Source: Alkalispirochaeta sp. (GTDB lineage Bacteria; Spirochaetota; Spirochaetia; DSM-27196; Alkalispirochaetaceae). Taken from it: a stretch of DNA of 64,000 nucleotides. Shown piece after piece: positions 30,638-40,383 of the stretch. Position numbers and translations under genes: made by a program. Positions within the stretch are counted from its first letter, which is position 1. Each line of letters starts with the position of its first letter. The notes under the pieces are model-generated. The model had not been told where the DNA came from. It searched no databases and worked only from the letters and a program-made list of their open reading frames with translations. Location of the stretch: positions 1,184,001 through 1,248,000 of the forward strand of contig OZ271854.1 of assembly GCA_965601925.1 (NCBI GenBank), read 5' to 3'.

Positions 30638-31643
30638 CACACACGTTGCCATTCTACGCGGCGGCATCTCATCGGAGGACTATCTCTCGCGACGTTCGGC
30701 CGGAGTCGTGGAGGAGGCGTTGCGTTTAAGCGGCTATCGCGTCGAGGTACTCGATTGGGTCGCCGACGGGTCGATCCGGCTTTCGGAGACGGGCGAAGGG
30801 CGCGATGTCAACAGTTGGCCCTCGCTGGTGCACTGTTTTGCTGAGTACCGACCGGACGTCGTCTTCAACACGCTGCACGGAGAGCGCGAGAACGCCGGAC
30901 AAGTCCAAGGTTTTTTCGAACTTGCCGGCATCCCCTTGACCGGCAACGGCATCACGCCGTCGGTGATCGGGATGGACAAAGTGCTTACCAAGGACGTATT
31001 CGATATCTTGTCGGTCGTCCATCCCAGGGATGTGCAACTGGGATTTCCGCGCTACGACGATGTGATGCGCTCGGTCGCGCGACATCGTAACTCGGGCGTC
31101 GGATACCCCTTTATGCTCAAACTCGCCCACGGCGGCTCCAGTTCGGGCCTCGACTTGATCGAAGACGAGGACGCCTTCATCTCAACCTGGGAGCGGTGGG
31201 CCCAACGCGTCGAGGACGCGTCGGTCATGGCCTACGCCGAGGAGTACGTCGACGGGCCGGAGTATTGCGTCGGCACATTCGGCCATTGGAGGCTGCCGGA
31301 TATCACGATACTTCCCATTGCGAAAATTGAGTTCGAAGGGCGATACTTCGACAAGAATATCAAATTCGAAAACAGATACCACGTCAACTGCGGCCACGAG
31401 CTGGCACCGCAACACCAGTTTCACATGCGACGGGTGGCGATGGACGTGCACCGCCATTTGAGGTTCGTCGGATTCAGTAGGATCGATTTTCGTATCAGGG
31501 ACGATCGTATTTACGCGCTCGAGGTCAATACGCATCCCGGATTGAGCCCGTCGAGCATCATTCCCAACAGCCTGGCGTGTTCCGATCTGACCATGCAGGA
31601 GGCCGCGTCGCTCCTCGTGGAGTGGAGTATCTCACCTCCCTGA
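30621..31643 (+). CDS. D-alanine--D-alanine ligase-like ATP-grasp enzyme
   Basis: GGISSE, VFNTLHG, MDKVLTK, GGSSSG, EEYVDGPE, SRIDF, LEVNTHPGLS; TTG start inferred. Confidence 0.85.
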   Translation: MKSTRNTHVAILRGGISSEDYLSRRSAGVVEEALRLSGYRVEVLDWVADGSIRLSETGEGRDVNSWPSLVHCFAEYRPDVVFNTLHGERENAGQVQGFFELAGIPLTGNGITPSVIGMDKVLTKDVFDILSVVHPRDVQLGFPRYDDVMRSVARHRNSGVGYPFMLKLAHGGSSSGLDLIEDEDAFISTWERWAQRVEDASVMAYAEEYVDGPEYCVGTFGHWRLPDITILPIAKIEFEGRYFDKNIKFENRYHVNCGHELAPQHQFHMRRVAMDVHRHLRFVGFSRIDFRIRDDRIYALEVNTHPGLSPSSIIPNSLACSDLTMQEAASLLVEWSISPP

Positions 31644-31657
31644 GGCACCCGATCCTC

Positions 31658-34375
31658 TCATGACTCCGATGTGCGTATCCCTACCCGAGCGAGCTCGCGC
31701 GAGATCGTAACGAGGGACGAGAGCACGGCGATGTGGAACGTCGAAGAGCGAGCAACCAACGCCTCGTACACCGGTCTCGATACGTGGGCGAGGCGACATC
31801 CTCCTGAAGCGACGATCGACGTTCGGTGGGTCGTCGCCCCCAACCACGGGAGGGTACCGAGAACGGAACCGACGCCGAACGCCCCGAGGGAGAGGTCGCC
31901 GACCGTCTCGCTCGCCGCGCCGGCAACGACGATCCGAAGCGCGTCGTCCGCCGTCGATCGCAGCGATACCGATGCTCCGGGCGCGAGATCCTCATACCCG
32001 ACGTTTACCGCAAGGTCCGCGACGTCACCGCCCGATAGGTCCGAGAAGAGCTCGAGGCCGGACAACGCTACGGCGGACTCTTCCGGCGTCATCTCGATCG
32101 GGATGATGTCGGCCTCGCCGCGGCCTTCGACGTTCCCGGGTACTCCGATGTCGTCGAGCCGTCCGGCAATACGGTCGCGGAGGATCACCTGGAGAGTTTG
32201 GGTCGCCGACGTGTGGCGCGACAGAAACGCGATGACCTCGTTACGCCCCAACACGAGCGTCGCAACCTCGCCTTCGGCAACGACGGTAGCAGAGCGCCGC
32301 TCGGGCAGAATCGCCGACAGCTCACCGAAGCAGCTTCCGGCCTCCAATCTCGCTAAGGTGTGATCGCCGCTTCGTACCGATACCTCGCCGTCGGTCACGA
32401 CATACAGAGAGTCTCCCGCCTCATCTTGAGTGACGATACGCTCCCCCGCGCCGAATGTTCGCCGCTCGGCGTGCCGCGTAAGCTGATGGAGATACTCCAA
32501 GGAGAAGGCGGAGAACAACTGAGATCGCTTCATGTGCCGCAGATTCTCATGGTCGGCGGCCCATTTCGTCTCACGGTCGACGTCTCGCGACAGCGCGATG
32601 ATCGAGCGCGTCCAGGCGCTCACCGCTGCGGGATTGTCCGCGTGGTTAATCGGCGGCAACTGCTCCGCGTCATATCCCTTCATCGCGCGATCCAAGAGAA
32701 ACAGTTCGTCCTTCTCCAACAGTGCCAGAAATGGTTCTCGATACCGTTGGGGAATGATGGGAGCCAATCCATCTACCGCGGTACGATACTGGGCACCCTC
32801 GAGCCCTTGTAACCGTACGAGCCGATCCGAGAGCCGCGCGGTGCCCATCGTCGCATCGATCAACGCCGCGACTTCGTCGATGGTGCGGCTCCATTCGTGG
32901 TTCCATGCGTCGGCAAACGGGGGCCATCGAACATCATACGTCGCCCCCATGGTCAACAGGGCGCGCGCGCGGAGCAGGCGCTCGACGACCGGATCGCCGC
33001 TCTCGCCTGCAGATGACATCGACCGTCGACCGAGGGCCGTTCCACCTTCCGGGTTGCGCCCGCCGACCTCCGGTGGAAGGGGTCGGTCGGTGGGCCATCG
33101 CTTGTACGACGGTGGTGCGAGACGGTGTGCGGCGACCGCACGGTACTTCCGCGCCGCGGCAACGGCGGCGACGATCCAGCCCACCGAGACCGCACAGCCC
33201 AGGAGATAGATGTGGCGGAGCGAAAAGCGGTCGGTCTGACGCGCCAAAATCAACAGAAACCCGGCGACACTCGCGATTCCCTGCCCGATGAGACTCTCGG
33301 CCAAAAGTTGATTGCGCGCCTGGACTCGCGGACGGAATGCTTGAAAAAGGCCGTAAAAGCTCGGCAAAAAAATGCTGCCGTCGAGCACGCGCTCGGCGGC
33401 CTTCAATGCAATCACGATAACCAACGGACTCACGCCGACGGCCGCCCCCAAGGGAGACTCCGATATGGGTGCCAGGACGAACAGCGCGAGGAGGCCGACC
33501 GGAGCGATAAGCAAACCGGTTAGAAGGCCGAATGAATGGAGCAGCCGGCCGGTGACGAGCAGCTTGACGATCAACGCGGCTAAGCCCACGAAGAACCAAA
33601 AACGGGCAAAAAAGACGCCGAGATCGATATCGGGACGCGCGCCGGTGTCGACTCCCCCCAAAAAAGCCGTATCGACCAAAAAATAGACGAGATACATCGC
33701 CGCGATCAAAAGAAAGACCCTGGCCGTCAGCGGTGTGTCCGCATCGGCATTCGAATCGTCCGCGGGCGATACACTCCCGCTACGGGGAAAGCGCGAGACG
33801 TGCACGAGAGTCGCGATGTGGGCGCCGAGAGACGCGAAGATCAGTCCTTCGGGCGACATGCGCCGCAGGACAAGGGGGATAAGTGCGCCGCCGGCGACCA
33901 ACGTGATGACTTGTCCGGTTGTGGTGAAACCCAATACGCGTCGACTCGAGCGCGGCGAGAGGCGATCGGTCGCGGCGATCAAAAAAACGACGGCCAAGAA
34001 AACGTTCTCTATACGGCTCCAAAAATAGAAAAGTACGGCGACGCCCGCTCGTCGAGTTCCCCAAATTGAGTACAGGGCAACCAGGACCGTCCCCGCAACC
34101 AAAAAGATCGACAGAAACACGATACGTCGTTTCGGTGTCTTGCGGCGAAAGGTGCGTAGGAAGAGCGCTGCGATACCGCCGAGCCCGACGCCCGACCCCA
34201 AAACGAGCCACGGTAGGGATTCGGGAGACAGCTCCGACACTACCAGGGCTGAGGCGGCGGTCATCGTGGAGATCTGGGACACTCCGATGAGTAGACTCAA
34301 CACAAAAAGCGAGGTCACCGATCGACGCTCGCGCGACTGAATCAAAAACAGTTCTCTGATCTTTGTGCGGCTCAT
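31658..34375 (-). CDS. Npt1/Npt2 (NTT)/MFS-like membrane protein fused to two cyclic-nucleotide-binding domains
   Basis: About 12 hydrophobic segments in the first ~410 aa; IVTQDEAGDSLYVVTDGEV...FGELSAI..RRSATV canonical cNMP domain; second degenerate copy at the C-terminus. Confidence 0.78.
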   Translation of the reverse strand: MSRTKIRELFLIQSRERRSVTSLFVLSLLIGVSQISTMTAASALVVSELSPESLPWLVLGSGVGLGGIAALFLRTFRRKTPKRRIVFLSIFLVAGTVLVALYSIWGTRRAGVAVLFYFWSRIENVFLAVVFLIAATDRLSPRSSRRVLGFTTTGQVITLVAGGALIPLVLRRMSPEGLIFASLGAHIATLVHVSRFPRSGSVSPADDSNADADTPLTARVFLLIAAMYLVYFLVDTAFLGGVDTGARPDIDLGVFFARFWFFVGLAALIVKLLVTGRLLHSFGLLTGLLIAPVGLLALFVLAPISESPLGAAVGVSPLVIVIALKAAERVLDGSIFLPSFYGLFQAFRPRVQARNQLLAESLIGQGIASVAGFLLILARQTDRFSLRHIYLLGCAVSVGWIVAAVAAARKYRAVAAHRLAPPSYKRWPTDRPLPPEVGGRNPEGGTALGRRSMSSAGESGDPVVERLLRARALLTMGATYDVRWPPFADAWNHEWSRTIDEVAALIDATMGTARLSDRLVRLQGLEGAQYRTAVDGLAPIIPQRYREPFLALLEKDELFLLDRAMKGYDAEQLPPINHADNPAAVSAWTRSIIALSRDVDRETKWAADHENLRHMKRSQLFSAFSLEYLHQLTRHAERRTFGAGERIVTQDEAGDSLYVVTDGEVSVRSGDHTLARLEAGSCFGELSAILPERRSATVVAEGEVATLVLGRNEVIAFLSRHTSATQTLQVILRDRIAGRLDDIGVPGNVEGRGEADIIPIEMTPEESAVALSGLELFSDLSGGDVADLAVNVGYEDLAPGASVSLRSTADDALRIVVAGAASETVGDLSLGAFGVGSVLGTLPWLGATTHRTSIVASGGCRLAHVSRPVYEALVARSSTFHIAVLSSLVTISRELARVGIRTSES

Positions 34376-34618
34376 TCGTCGTCTTTACCTGCGGATCGTC
34401 GTCGATGGACACCCACCGTCTCACCACGCAACGTCCGCTTCAATAGTAGCATCGCGGCCCGACGGTTCACAACAGAAGCCGTCGATCCCGCGCGCGCGAT
34501 CGTGTATCCGCACGGTACCGGCGACACGCAGTAATTTTGCATTCTCGATTTTGATCTACTACACTCCATAACGCCCCCGACCGGTTTCATCTATCCGACC
34601 GCGGGCCGGAACGATGCG

Positions 34619-36415
34619 ATGGACGACGGGATGCGAAAAACGATCCTCCTCGTCGAAGACGAGGCGATTATTGCCATGTACGAATCCAAACAACTGGAGG
34701 CGTACGGCTACAAAACGATACATGCCATGAAAGGCCACGAGGCGATACGCCTCGTTTTTGATAGCACCTTCGGCATCGATCTCGTCCTGATGGATATCGA
34801 TCTGGGTGAGGAAAAAGACGGAACGGAGATCGCCGCGGAGATACTGACCAGGATCGAAATTCCGATCGTGTTTCTTTCAAGCCATACCGAACCGAAAGTC
34901 GTTGAGAAGACCGAGAAGATCACGTCGTACGGATATGTCGTCAAGAACACCGATATTACCGTTCTCGATGCGTCCATCAAAATGGCGTTCAAACTGTTCG
35001 AGATAAAAAACGCGGATCGAAAAAAAGAGGAAGCGTTAAAAATAAGCGAGGAGAAGTATCGCGCCTTGGCCGACACATCACCCTACGGGATTCAAATGAC
35101 CGACGTCGACGGAACCATTACATTCGGCAACCCCGCGCTTCACCGTGTGTTGGAGTGTTCCGACGGCGAGCTGGTGGGCAAACGGATGTGGGACGTCACC
35201 GTCGACGCTGCGGGAAAGAGACGGTTGAAGCGGTATCACGAAAAGTTGGTGGCCGAGCGCCCCGGTCTCGCCACGTATTACGACACGATCCAGACGCACG
35301 CCGGATCGTCGGTTGCCGCGCAGATTAACTGGAGCTTCATCGATTCGCCGGATAATCGATCCCAAAACATCATCGGCGTCTTTACCGACGTTACCGATCT
35401 CAAACGCGCCGAGAGCGAGCTCAACGAAAAGAACGCGCGACTGACCGCCGCGCAGGAGATCGCCAAACTCGGTTGGTGGGAGTACGACATTGCGACGAAC
35501 GCGGTAACGTGGTCCGCCGAAATGTTCCAAATCTACGGAATCTCCGAGGACGAGGGACCCTTCCCGTTTGAGCGGCTTATGGAACTCGTGCATCCGGATT
35601 ACCGCTCCTACCATGGCAACCAAGTCGAGGTGTTGTTACGGGACGGTGAGGCGGACTTCGAGTATCCGGTGCTCAGGCCCGACGGCACGCTCCGATGGGT
35701 ACACGCCAAAGGAAAGCTCTCGTACGACGACGATGGAAATCCCGTCAAGATGTTCGGGATGCTACAAAACATCCATGTGCGCAAGACGGCGGAAGAGAGG
35801 ATACAATCGCTCCTCAATGAGAAAGAGCTCATTCTGAAGGAGGTTCACCACCGGGTGAAGAACAACATGGCGTCGATAGAGAATCTGCTCTCGTTGCAGT
35901 TGGAATCTCTTACCGACCCGGCAAGCATCTCGGTGCTTACAAAAGCGCTCGGCCGTGTCGCCGGCATGCGCATACTGTACGACAAGATATTGGTCTCCGA
36001 CGCCTACCAAGCCGTCTCGCTACGGGACTACCTCGGCGAGCTGGTCGAATCGCTCGTGACGTTGTTCGACGACTCGAGCAACGTCACACTCGACATGCGG
36101 GGCGACGACGTCGCGATTGCGTCGAAGAAGGTGTTCCCCCTCGGCATCATTATCAACGAGCTCGTCACGAATGCGATGAAACACGCTCCCGCCGCCGACC
36201 GACGCGGGGCGATCGTGATCACCGTAACGAGTGAACACGCCCGCGTGACGGTTACCGTGCACGACAACGGCCCGGGTCTCCCCGCCGGATTTGATATCGA
36301 CACATCCCGAGGTCTCGGATTACTGCTCGTCGGAATGTTGAGCCGGCAAATCGAAGGTGTCTTCGCACTCGAAAACGAGGGTGGCGCAAAGGCGACGATC
36401 GAGTTCAACCGGTAG
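34619..36415 (+). CDS. Hybrid receiver-PAS-PAS-HisKA_2 histidine kinase
   Basis: LLVEDE, LMDIDL receiver; VHPD PAS; EVHHRVKNN, NELVTNAMKHA, DNGPG, GLGL. Confidence 0.92.
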   Translation: MDDGMRKTILLVEDEAIIAMYESKQLEAYGYKTIHAMKGHEAIRLVFDSTFGIDLVLMDIDLGEEKDGTEIAAEILTRIEIPIVFLSSHTEPKVVEKTEKITSYGYVVKNTDITVLDASIKMAFKLFEIKNADRKKEEALKISEEKYRALADTSPYGIQMTDVDGTITFGNPALHRVLECSDGELVGKRMWDVTVDAAGKRRLKRYHEKLVAERPGLATYYDTIQTHAGSSVAAQINWSFIDSPDNRSQNIIGVFTDVTDLKRAESELNEKNARLTAAQEIAKLGWWEYDIATNAVTWSAEMFQIYGISEDEGPFPFERLMELVHPDYRSYHGNQVEVLLRDGEADFEYPVLRPDGTLRWVHAKGKLSYDDDGNPVKMFGMLQNIHVRKTAEERIQSLLNEKELILKEVHHRVKNNMASIENLLSLQLESLTDPASISVLTKALGRVAGMRILYDKILVSDAYQAVSLRDYLGELVESLVTLFDDSSNVTLDMRGDDVAIASKKVFPLGIIINELVTNAMKHAPAADRRGAIVITVTSEHARVTVTVHDNGPGLPAGFDIDTSRGLGLLLVGMLSRQIEGVFALENEGGAKATIEFNR

Positions 36416-36482
36416 TTGCGTTTCGGTCATATCGTTCCAATGCGGTGCGCGTCGCGTTCCGGTCGCGCTATTGCGCCGCACT

Positions 36483-36809
36483 TCATGACGGCGGCAGCGT
36501 CACCTCATGCTCCGCGGTGTAGACGAAGGTGACCGACTCGGCGAATCGCGCGGTGTCCTCGGCCGCGAGAACTCCCTCCGCAGAGGACATGCATCGCTGC
36601 ATCGTCTCGAAGTCGTCCCACCAGATCTCCGCAGTACCGTCGTACTCGGCGGTGCTCGGCGTCGGAGGATCGGGAATGCGGACATTGATGATGTATTTAC
36701 GCATCCCGATCACCGCGGAGAGTCTGGTGTGATTATCCAACCAATAGCGTTCAAACTCCGCGTGGCTGAGATCCGCGCGCTTCTTCACCAGCGCTACCAT
36801 CTTGATCAC
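36483..36809 (-). CDS. EthD family protein
   Basis: KRADLSHAEFERYWLDNH, YDGTAEIWWD, EDTARF. Confidence 0.85.
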   Translation of the reverse strand: MIKMVALVKKRADLSHAEFERYWLDNHTRLSAVIGMRKYIINVRIPDPPTPSTAEYDGTAEIWWDDFETMQRCMSSAEGVLAAEDTARFAESVTFVYTAEHEVTLPPS

Positions 36810-36811
36810 GA

Positions 36812-37579
36812 CTATATCCCCAAGTACCCGCCGTCCATGATCACCCCCGTGGCGGTGATATAGTCGGCTTCCGGTGAGACGAGGAAGGCGGCGAGACCGG
36901 CGACCTCCGCGGGTTCCGCTCCCCTGTCGGCGGGAATACTCGCCTTCACGCGCGCAAGCGTCTCCTCGCCGAGCGCCGCATTGGCCTCGGTGAGGACAAG
37001 TCCGGGAGCGATCGCCACCGACCGGACCGACGGCGCGCACTCACGCCCTATCGCGCGCGTCATATTGAGAATCGCGCCCTTGACCGCCTGGTAGGCGCTG
37101 AATCCGGGTTCGCCGAAGTAACTCTGCACACTCGCAGTATTAAGAATAACGCCTCCCCGGTGCGCCATCATCCACGTTGCGGCCAGTTTCGCGCCGTACC
37201 AGTAGGGTCGCAGGGAAACCTCGATGGTGGCGTCGAACTCCTCGAGACTCTGCTCATGGATCGGGTGAAACGTGCTGTGGAAGGCGTTATTGTGCCAGAT
37301 CGTGAGGTCGCCGAACTCCGAAACGGTAACCTCGCGTAGCCGCTCCAACGCGGCCGGCTCTCGCACATCGGTCGCGACGAAGAGCGCCGCGCCGCCGGCC
37401 GCTCGAATCTCGTCGGCAACCTTCGATCCCCCGTCCTGAATATCGGCGATCACGACCGCCGCCCCCTCGGCGGCGTATCGCGCCGCGCAGGCGCGACCGA
37501 TGCCCGCCGCGCCGCCGGTGACGACGGCCACTTGGCCCCTCAATCGCTCCGGATTCGGGAATGCTCGATAGTTGCTCAT
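36812..37579 (-). CDS. SDR family NAD-dependent oxidoreductase
   Basis: TGGAAGIG, ADI, NNA, NTASV, YQAVK. Confidence 0.92.
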   Translation of the reverse strand: MSNYRAFPNPERLRGQVAVVTGGAAGIGRACAARYAAEGAAVVIADIQDGGSKVADEIRAAGGAALFVATDVREPAALERLREVTVSEFGDLTIWHNNAFHSTFHPIHEQSLEEFDATIEVSLRPYWYGAKLAATWMMAHRGGVILNTASVQSYFGEPGFSAYQAVKGAILNMTRAIGRECAPSVRSVAIAPGLVLTEANAALGEETLARVKASIPADRGAEPAEVAGLAAFLVSPEADYITATGVIMDGGYLGI

Positions 37580-38502
37580 CGTTGTACTCCTCGTGCCGTC
37601 AGTCGGATACGATAGAGCGAGGTGACGGCGGTCATGTAAAGATCGGACCGATCGGGCCCACCGAAGCATAGGTTGGTTACCATTTCAGGTACGGGAATGA
37701 GGGCGAGGAGCGTACCGGATCGGTCGTAGACGTTCACACCGTTGCCCACCGCGACATAGAGACGATCGTCTTCGTCGATGCGCATGCCGTCGGGCACGCC
37801 GTGATCGATAACGGCAAACGGAACCGGCGTATCGACGGGTTCTCCCTCCTCAACGGGAAGATAATAGACTGCATGATGCCGCTCGCTGGAATCGGAGACG
37901 TAGAGACGATCCTCCGACAGCGAGAAGCACAGGCCGTTGGGCCGGTAGACGGATCGGGCGACGAGTCGCGGAGACGATGCGTCCTCGCCCACGCGAAAGA
38001 CACCGCAAAAACCGTACTCCATACCGTGCTGATATCCGTGGAGCGCTCCATCCTCCTGCCGCACTCCGAAGGGCGGGTCGGTGAAGTAGATCCCGTCGGT
38101 GGAGGGCCGGTGGACGACGTCGTTGGGCGAGTTGAGCGCGTAGCCGCGCCACAAATCGGCCAAGGGCTCGATGTCCGGACGCGTATCCGGCGAGGCGGGC
38201 TCGCTCCGATATCGCACGAGGCGCCGCGTCGTATGCTCGCAGGCGAGCACACGACCCTCGCCGTCACCGTAGAGTCCGATCGCAAAGTGGCTGCGATCGG
38301 TAAAGGTTCGAACGCCGGCGTCATCGCTCCAAATGTGGATCCGGTTGGCGGGAATATCGGTGAACAGCACTCGATCGTTCGCGGCGTCGTACCACGGCCC
38401 TTCGGTAAACGCACACGAGTCTACGAGTCGCTCAAGTACGCCGTCGGGGGCGACAATCTCCGCGGCCTCCGGCGCATAGGGAACGATCGGTCCGTTATCC
38501 AT
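37576..38502 (-). CDS. SMP-30/gluconolactonase family protein
   Basis: FTEGP, NSPND, YFTDPPFG, PNGLCFS, PDGMRID, TNLCFGG. Confidence 0.92.
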   Translation of the reverse strand: MDNGPIVPYAPEAAEIVAPDGVLERLVDSCAFTEGPWYDAANDRVLFTDIPANRIHIWSDDAGVRTFTDRSHFAIGLYGDGEGRVLACEHTTRRLVRYRSEPASPDTRPDIEPLADLWRGYALNSPNDVVHRPSTDGIYFTDPPFGVRQEDGALHGYQHGMEYGFCGVFRVGEDASSPRLVARSVYRPNGLCFSLSEDRLYVSDSSERHHAVYYLPVEEGEPVDTPVPFAVIDHGVPDGMRIDEDDRLYVAVGNGVNVYDRSGTLLALIPVPEMVTNLCFGGPDRSDLYMTAVTSLYRIRLTARGVQR

Positions 38503-39448
38503 GGTTTCGCTCCTTCTGTAAGAGGCTGTCGGCGAGAACGGCGGCGACGATTACGATGCCGCGTACTACCAGCTGCCAATCGTGGTCGACGTTCATGAGA
38601 GTGAGACCGTTTCCGAGGACGCCGATGAGAAGCGCCCCCAGGACGGTCCGACCCAAGGAGCCGCGCCCTCCGGAGAACCGGGTCCCTCCGATCACCACAG
38701 CGGCGATGGCGCTCAACTCAATGCCGATCGCCCCCTCGGGTTGGCCGTTGCCGACCCGGGCGACCATAATGACCGCCGCCAGAGCGGCAACGGCTCCGCT
38801 CATGGCAAAGACCGATACTTTGACCCGAGCTACGGGAATCCCTGCAAGGCGCGCCGACTCCGCGCTTCCCCCGACGGCAAAGATATTACTCCCCAACCGC
38901 GACCGATGGAGCACGACGAACAGCAGTGCGAACACTACGACGGCGTACCACACCGGGGCGGGTATCCCCGCCATCTCGCCGCGCGCAAAGACCATACGAA
39001 ACGTCTCGTTGTCGAAGACGATCGTCGATGCATTGGTCCAAGCCAGGGCGAGTCCGCGAATGACGTTGAGGGTACCGACGGTCACGATAAACGAAGGGAT
39101 GCCCCCCGCGACGATGATACCTCCGTTGATCGCACCGATCGCTCCGCCGAGAAGGACACCACAGAGAACGGCGACGGGCCACGACCAGCCGGACTCCAAC
39201 GCGAATGCGATCGCCACGGCGGCGACGGAGGTGATCGCACCGATGCTGATATCGATCTCGCCGGAGATGATTACGAAGGTCATTGCGAAAGAGATGACGA
39301 CGAGAAGCGTCGTCTGTCGTCCGATGTTGGCGATATTCTCAAAGGTCAGGAAAAACGGATTGGCGACGGCAAAAAAGGCGACGACAACGACGATCGCGGC
39401 GAAGATGCCGTACGACCGAGCCCAGGAGCGTACTCCCGTCGCCCTCAT
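38495..39448 (-). CDS. Monosaccharide ABC transporter permease (RbsC-like)
   Basis: IISGEIDISIG, AVGGSAESARLAGI, ELSAIAAVVIGGT. Confidence 0.93.
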   Translation of the reverse strand: MRATGVRSWARSYGIFAAIVVVVAFFAVANPFFLTFENIANIGRQTTLLVVISFAMTFVIISGEIDISIGAITSVAAVAIAFALESGWSWPVAVLCGVLLGGAIGAINGGIIVAGGIPSFIVTVGTLNVIRGLALAWTNASTIVFDNETFRMVFARGEMAGIPAPVWYAVVVFALLFVVLHRSRLGSNIFAVGGSAESARLAGIPVARVKVSVFAMSGAVAALAAVIMVARVGNGQPEGAIGIELSAIAAVVIGGTRFSGGRGSLGRTVLGALLIGVLGNGLTLMNVDHDWQLVVRGIVIVAAVLADSLLQKERNHG

Positions 39449-40383
39449 CCCCCTCTCCTCCGGGCGTACTGATCGAGAGCGACGGATACGACGATGATCA
39501 CACCCTTGAGGGAGATTTGATAGTAGGTGGGCACGTTGAGCAGATTGAGCCCGTTGTTCAGCACGCCGATCAACAAAACGCCGCTCATGGTTCGCATCAG
39601 CGAACCGCTGCCGCCGAGAAAACTCGTACCGCCGAGTACGACCGCCGCGATCGCATCGAGCTCCAAGTTGCGCGCACCGTCGACGAATCCCGTACCGAGA
39701 CGCGCCGAAAGGAGAATCCCGCTAAGGGCGACCAACACGCCGTCGAAAGCAAACACGGTGAGGCGGGTCCGCCGCACCGCGATGCCGGAGTAGCGTGCCG
39801 CGGAGGCGTTCCCGCCGATCGCGTAGACTCGGGCGCCGAAGGTGGTTCTACTCAATAGAAGATGGAGTGCGATAAAGGCGAGTACGGCGTACCAGATCGT
39901 CGCCGGCACGCCGAGTGGTGTCGCCTCGGCAAAGGTATAGAGATATCTGATATCGAGAATGGCGACGGCGCGCCCGTCGGTTATCGCAAAGGCGACGCCG
40001 CGGGCGATACTGAAGGCGCCGAGGGAGGCGATAAATGACGGGATACCCCCGTACACGACGAGCAGGCCGATCAACACCCCGATAGCGAGGCCGGCGCCGA
40101 GACCGATCGTCACCGCAGCAATGGTGCCGATTCCCGCGGCGAGGGTCATAGCGACGAGGATGCCGACTAAGCTCGCCACCGGTCCGACGCTAAGGTCGAT
40201 CTCGCCCGAAATGATAACGAACGTCATCGCGTACGAAGCCACGGCGAGCAGCGTTATCTGGCGACCGATGTTCACGAAATTCGAGACGCGAAAAAAGACG
40301 GGGCTCATAACCGAAAAGAGCGCCGCCAGGGCGAGCGTTACCATGAACACCCCGGCGCGCCCGGCTAACTGTGTCGCCTTCAC
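39445..40383 (-). CDS. Monosaccharide ABC transporter permease (RbsC-like)
   Basis: IISGEIDLSVG, AIGGNASAARYSGI, ELDAIAAVVLGGT; GTGA overlap. Confidence 0.92.
   Translation of the reverse strand: MKATQLAGRAGVFMVTLALAALFSVMSPVFFRVSNFVNIGRQITLLAVASYAMTFVIISGEIDLSVGPVASLVGILVAMTLAAGIGTIAAVTIGLGAGLAIGVLIGLLVVYGGIPSFIASLGAFSIARGVAFAITDGRAVAILDIRYLYTFAEATPLGVPATIWYAVLAFIALHLLLSRTTFGARVYAIGGNASAARYSGIAVRRTRLTVFAFDGVLVALSGILLSARLGTGFVDGARNLELDAIAAVVLGGTSFLGGSGSLMRTMSGVLLIGVLNNGLNLLNVPTYYQISLKGVIIVVSVALDQYARRRGG

Noticed and set aside
17692..31643. A van-type glycopeptide resistance cluster (VanX-like plus Ddl-like)
   Set aside because: The genes are 12 kb apart in separate operons, with no vanH, vanR or vanS equivalents
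25408..34375. Cyclic-nucleotide anti-phage system (Pycsar/CBASS-like)
   Set aside because: The cyclase is a membrane dCache-HAMP sensor type with ATP-specifying residues; the partners are transport and ligase genes, and there is no defence-island context
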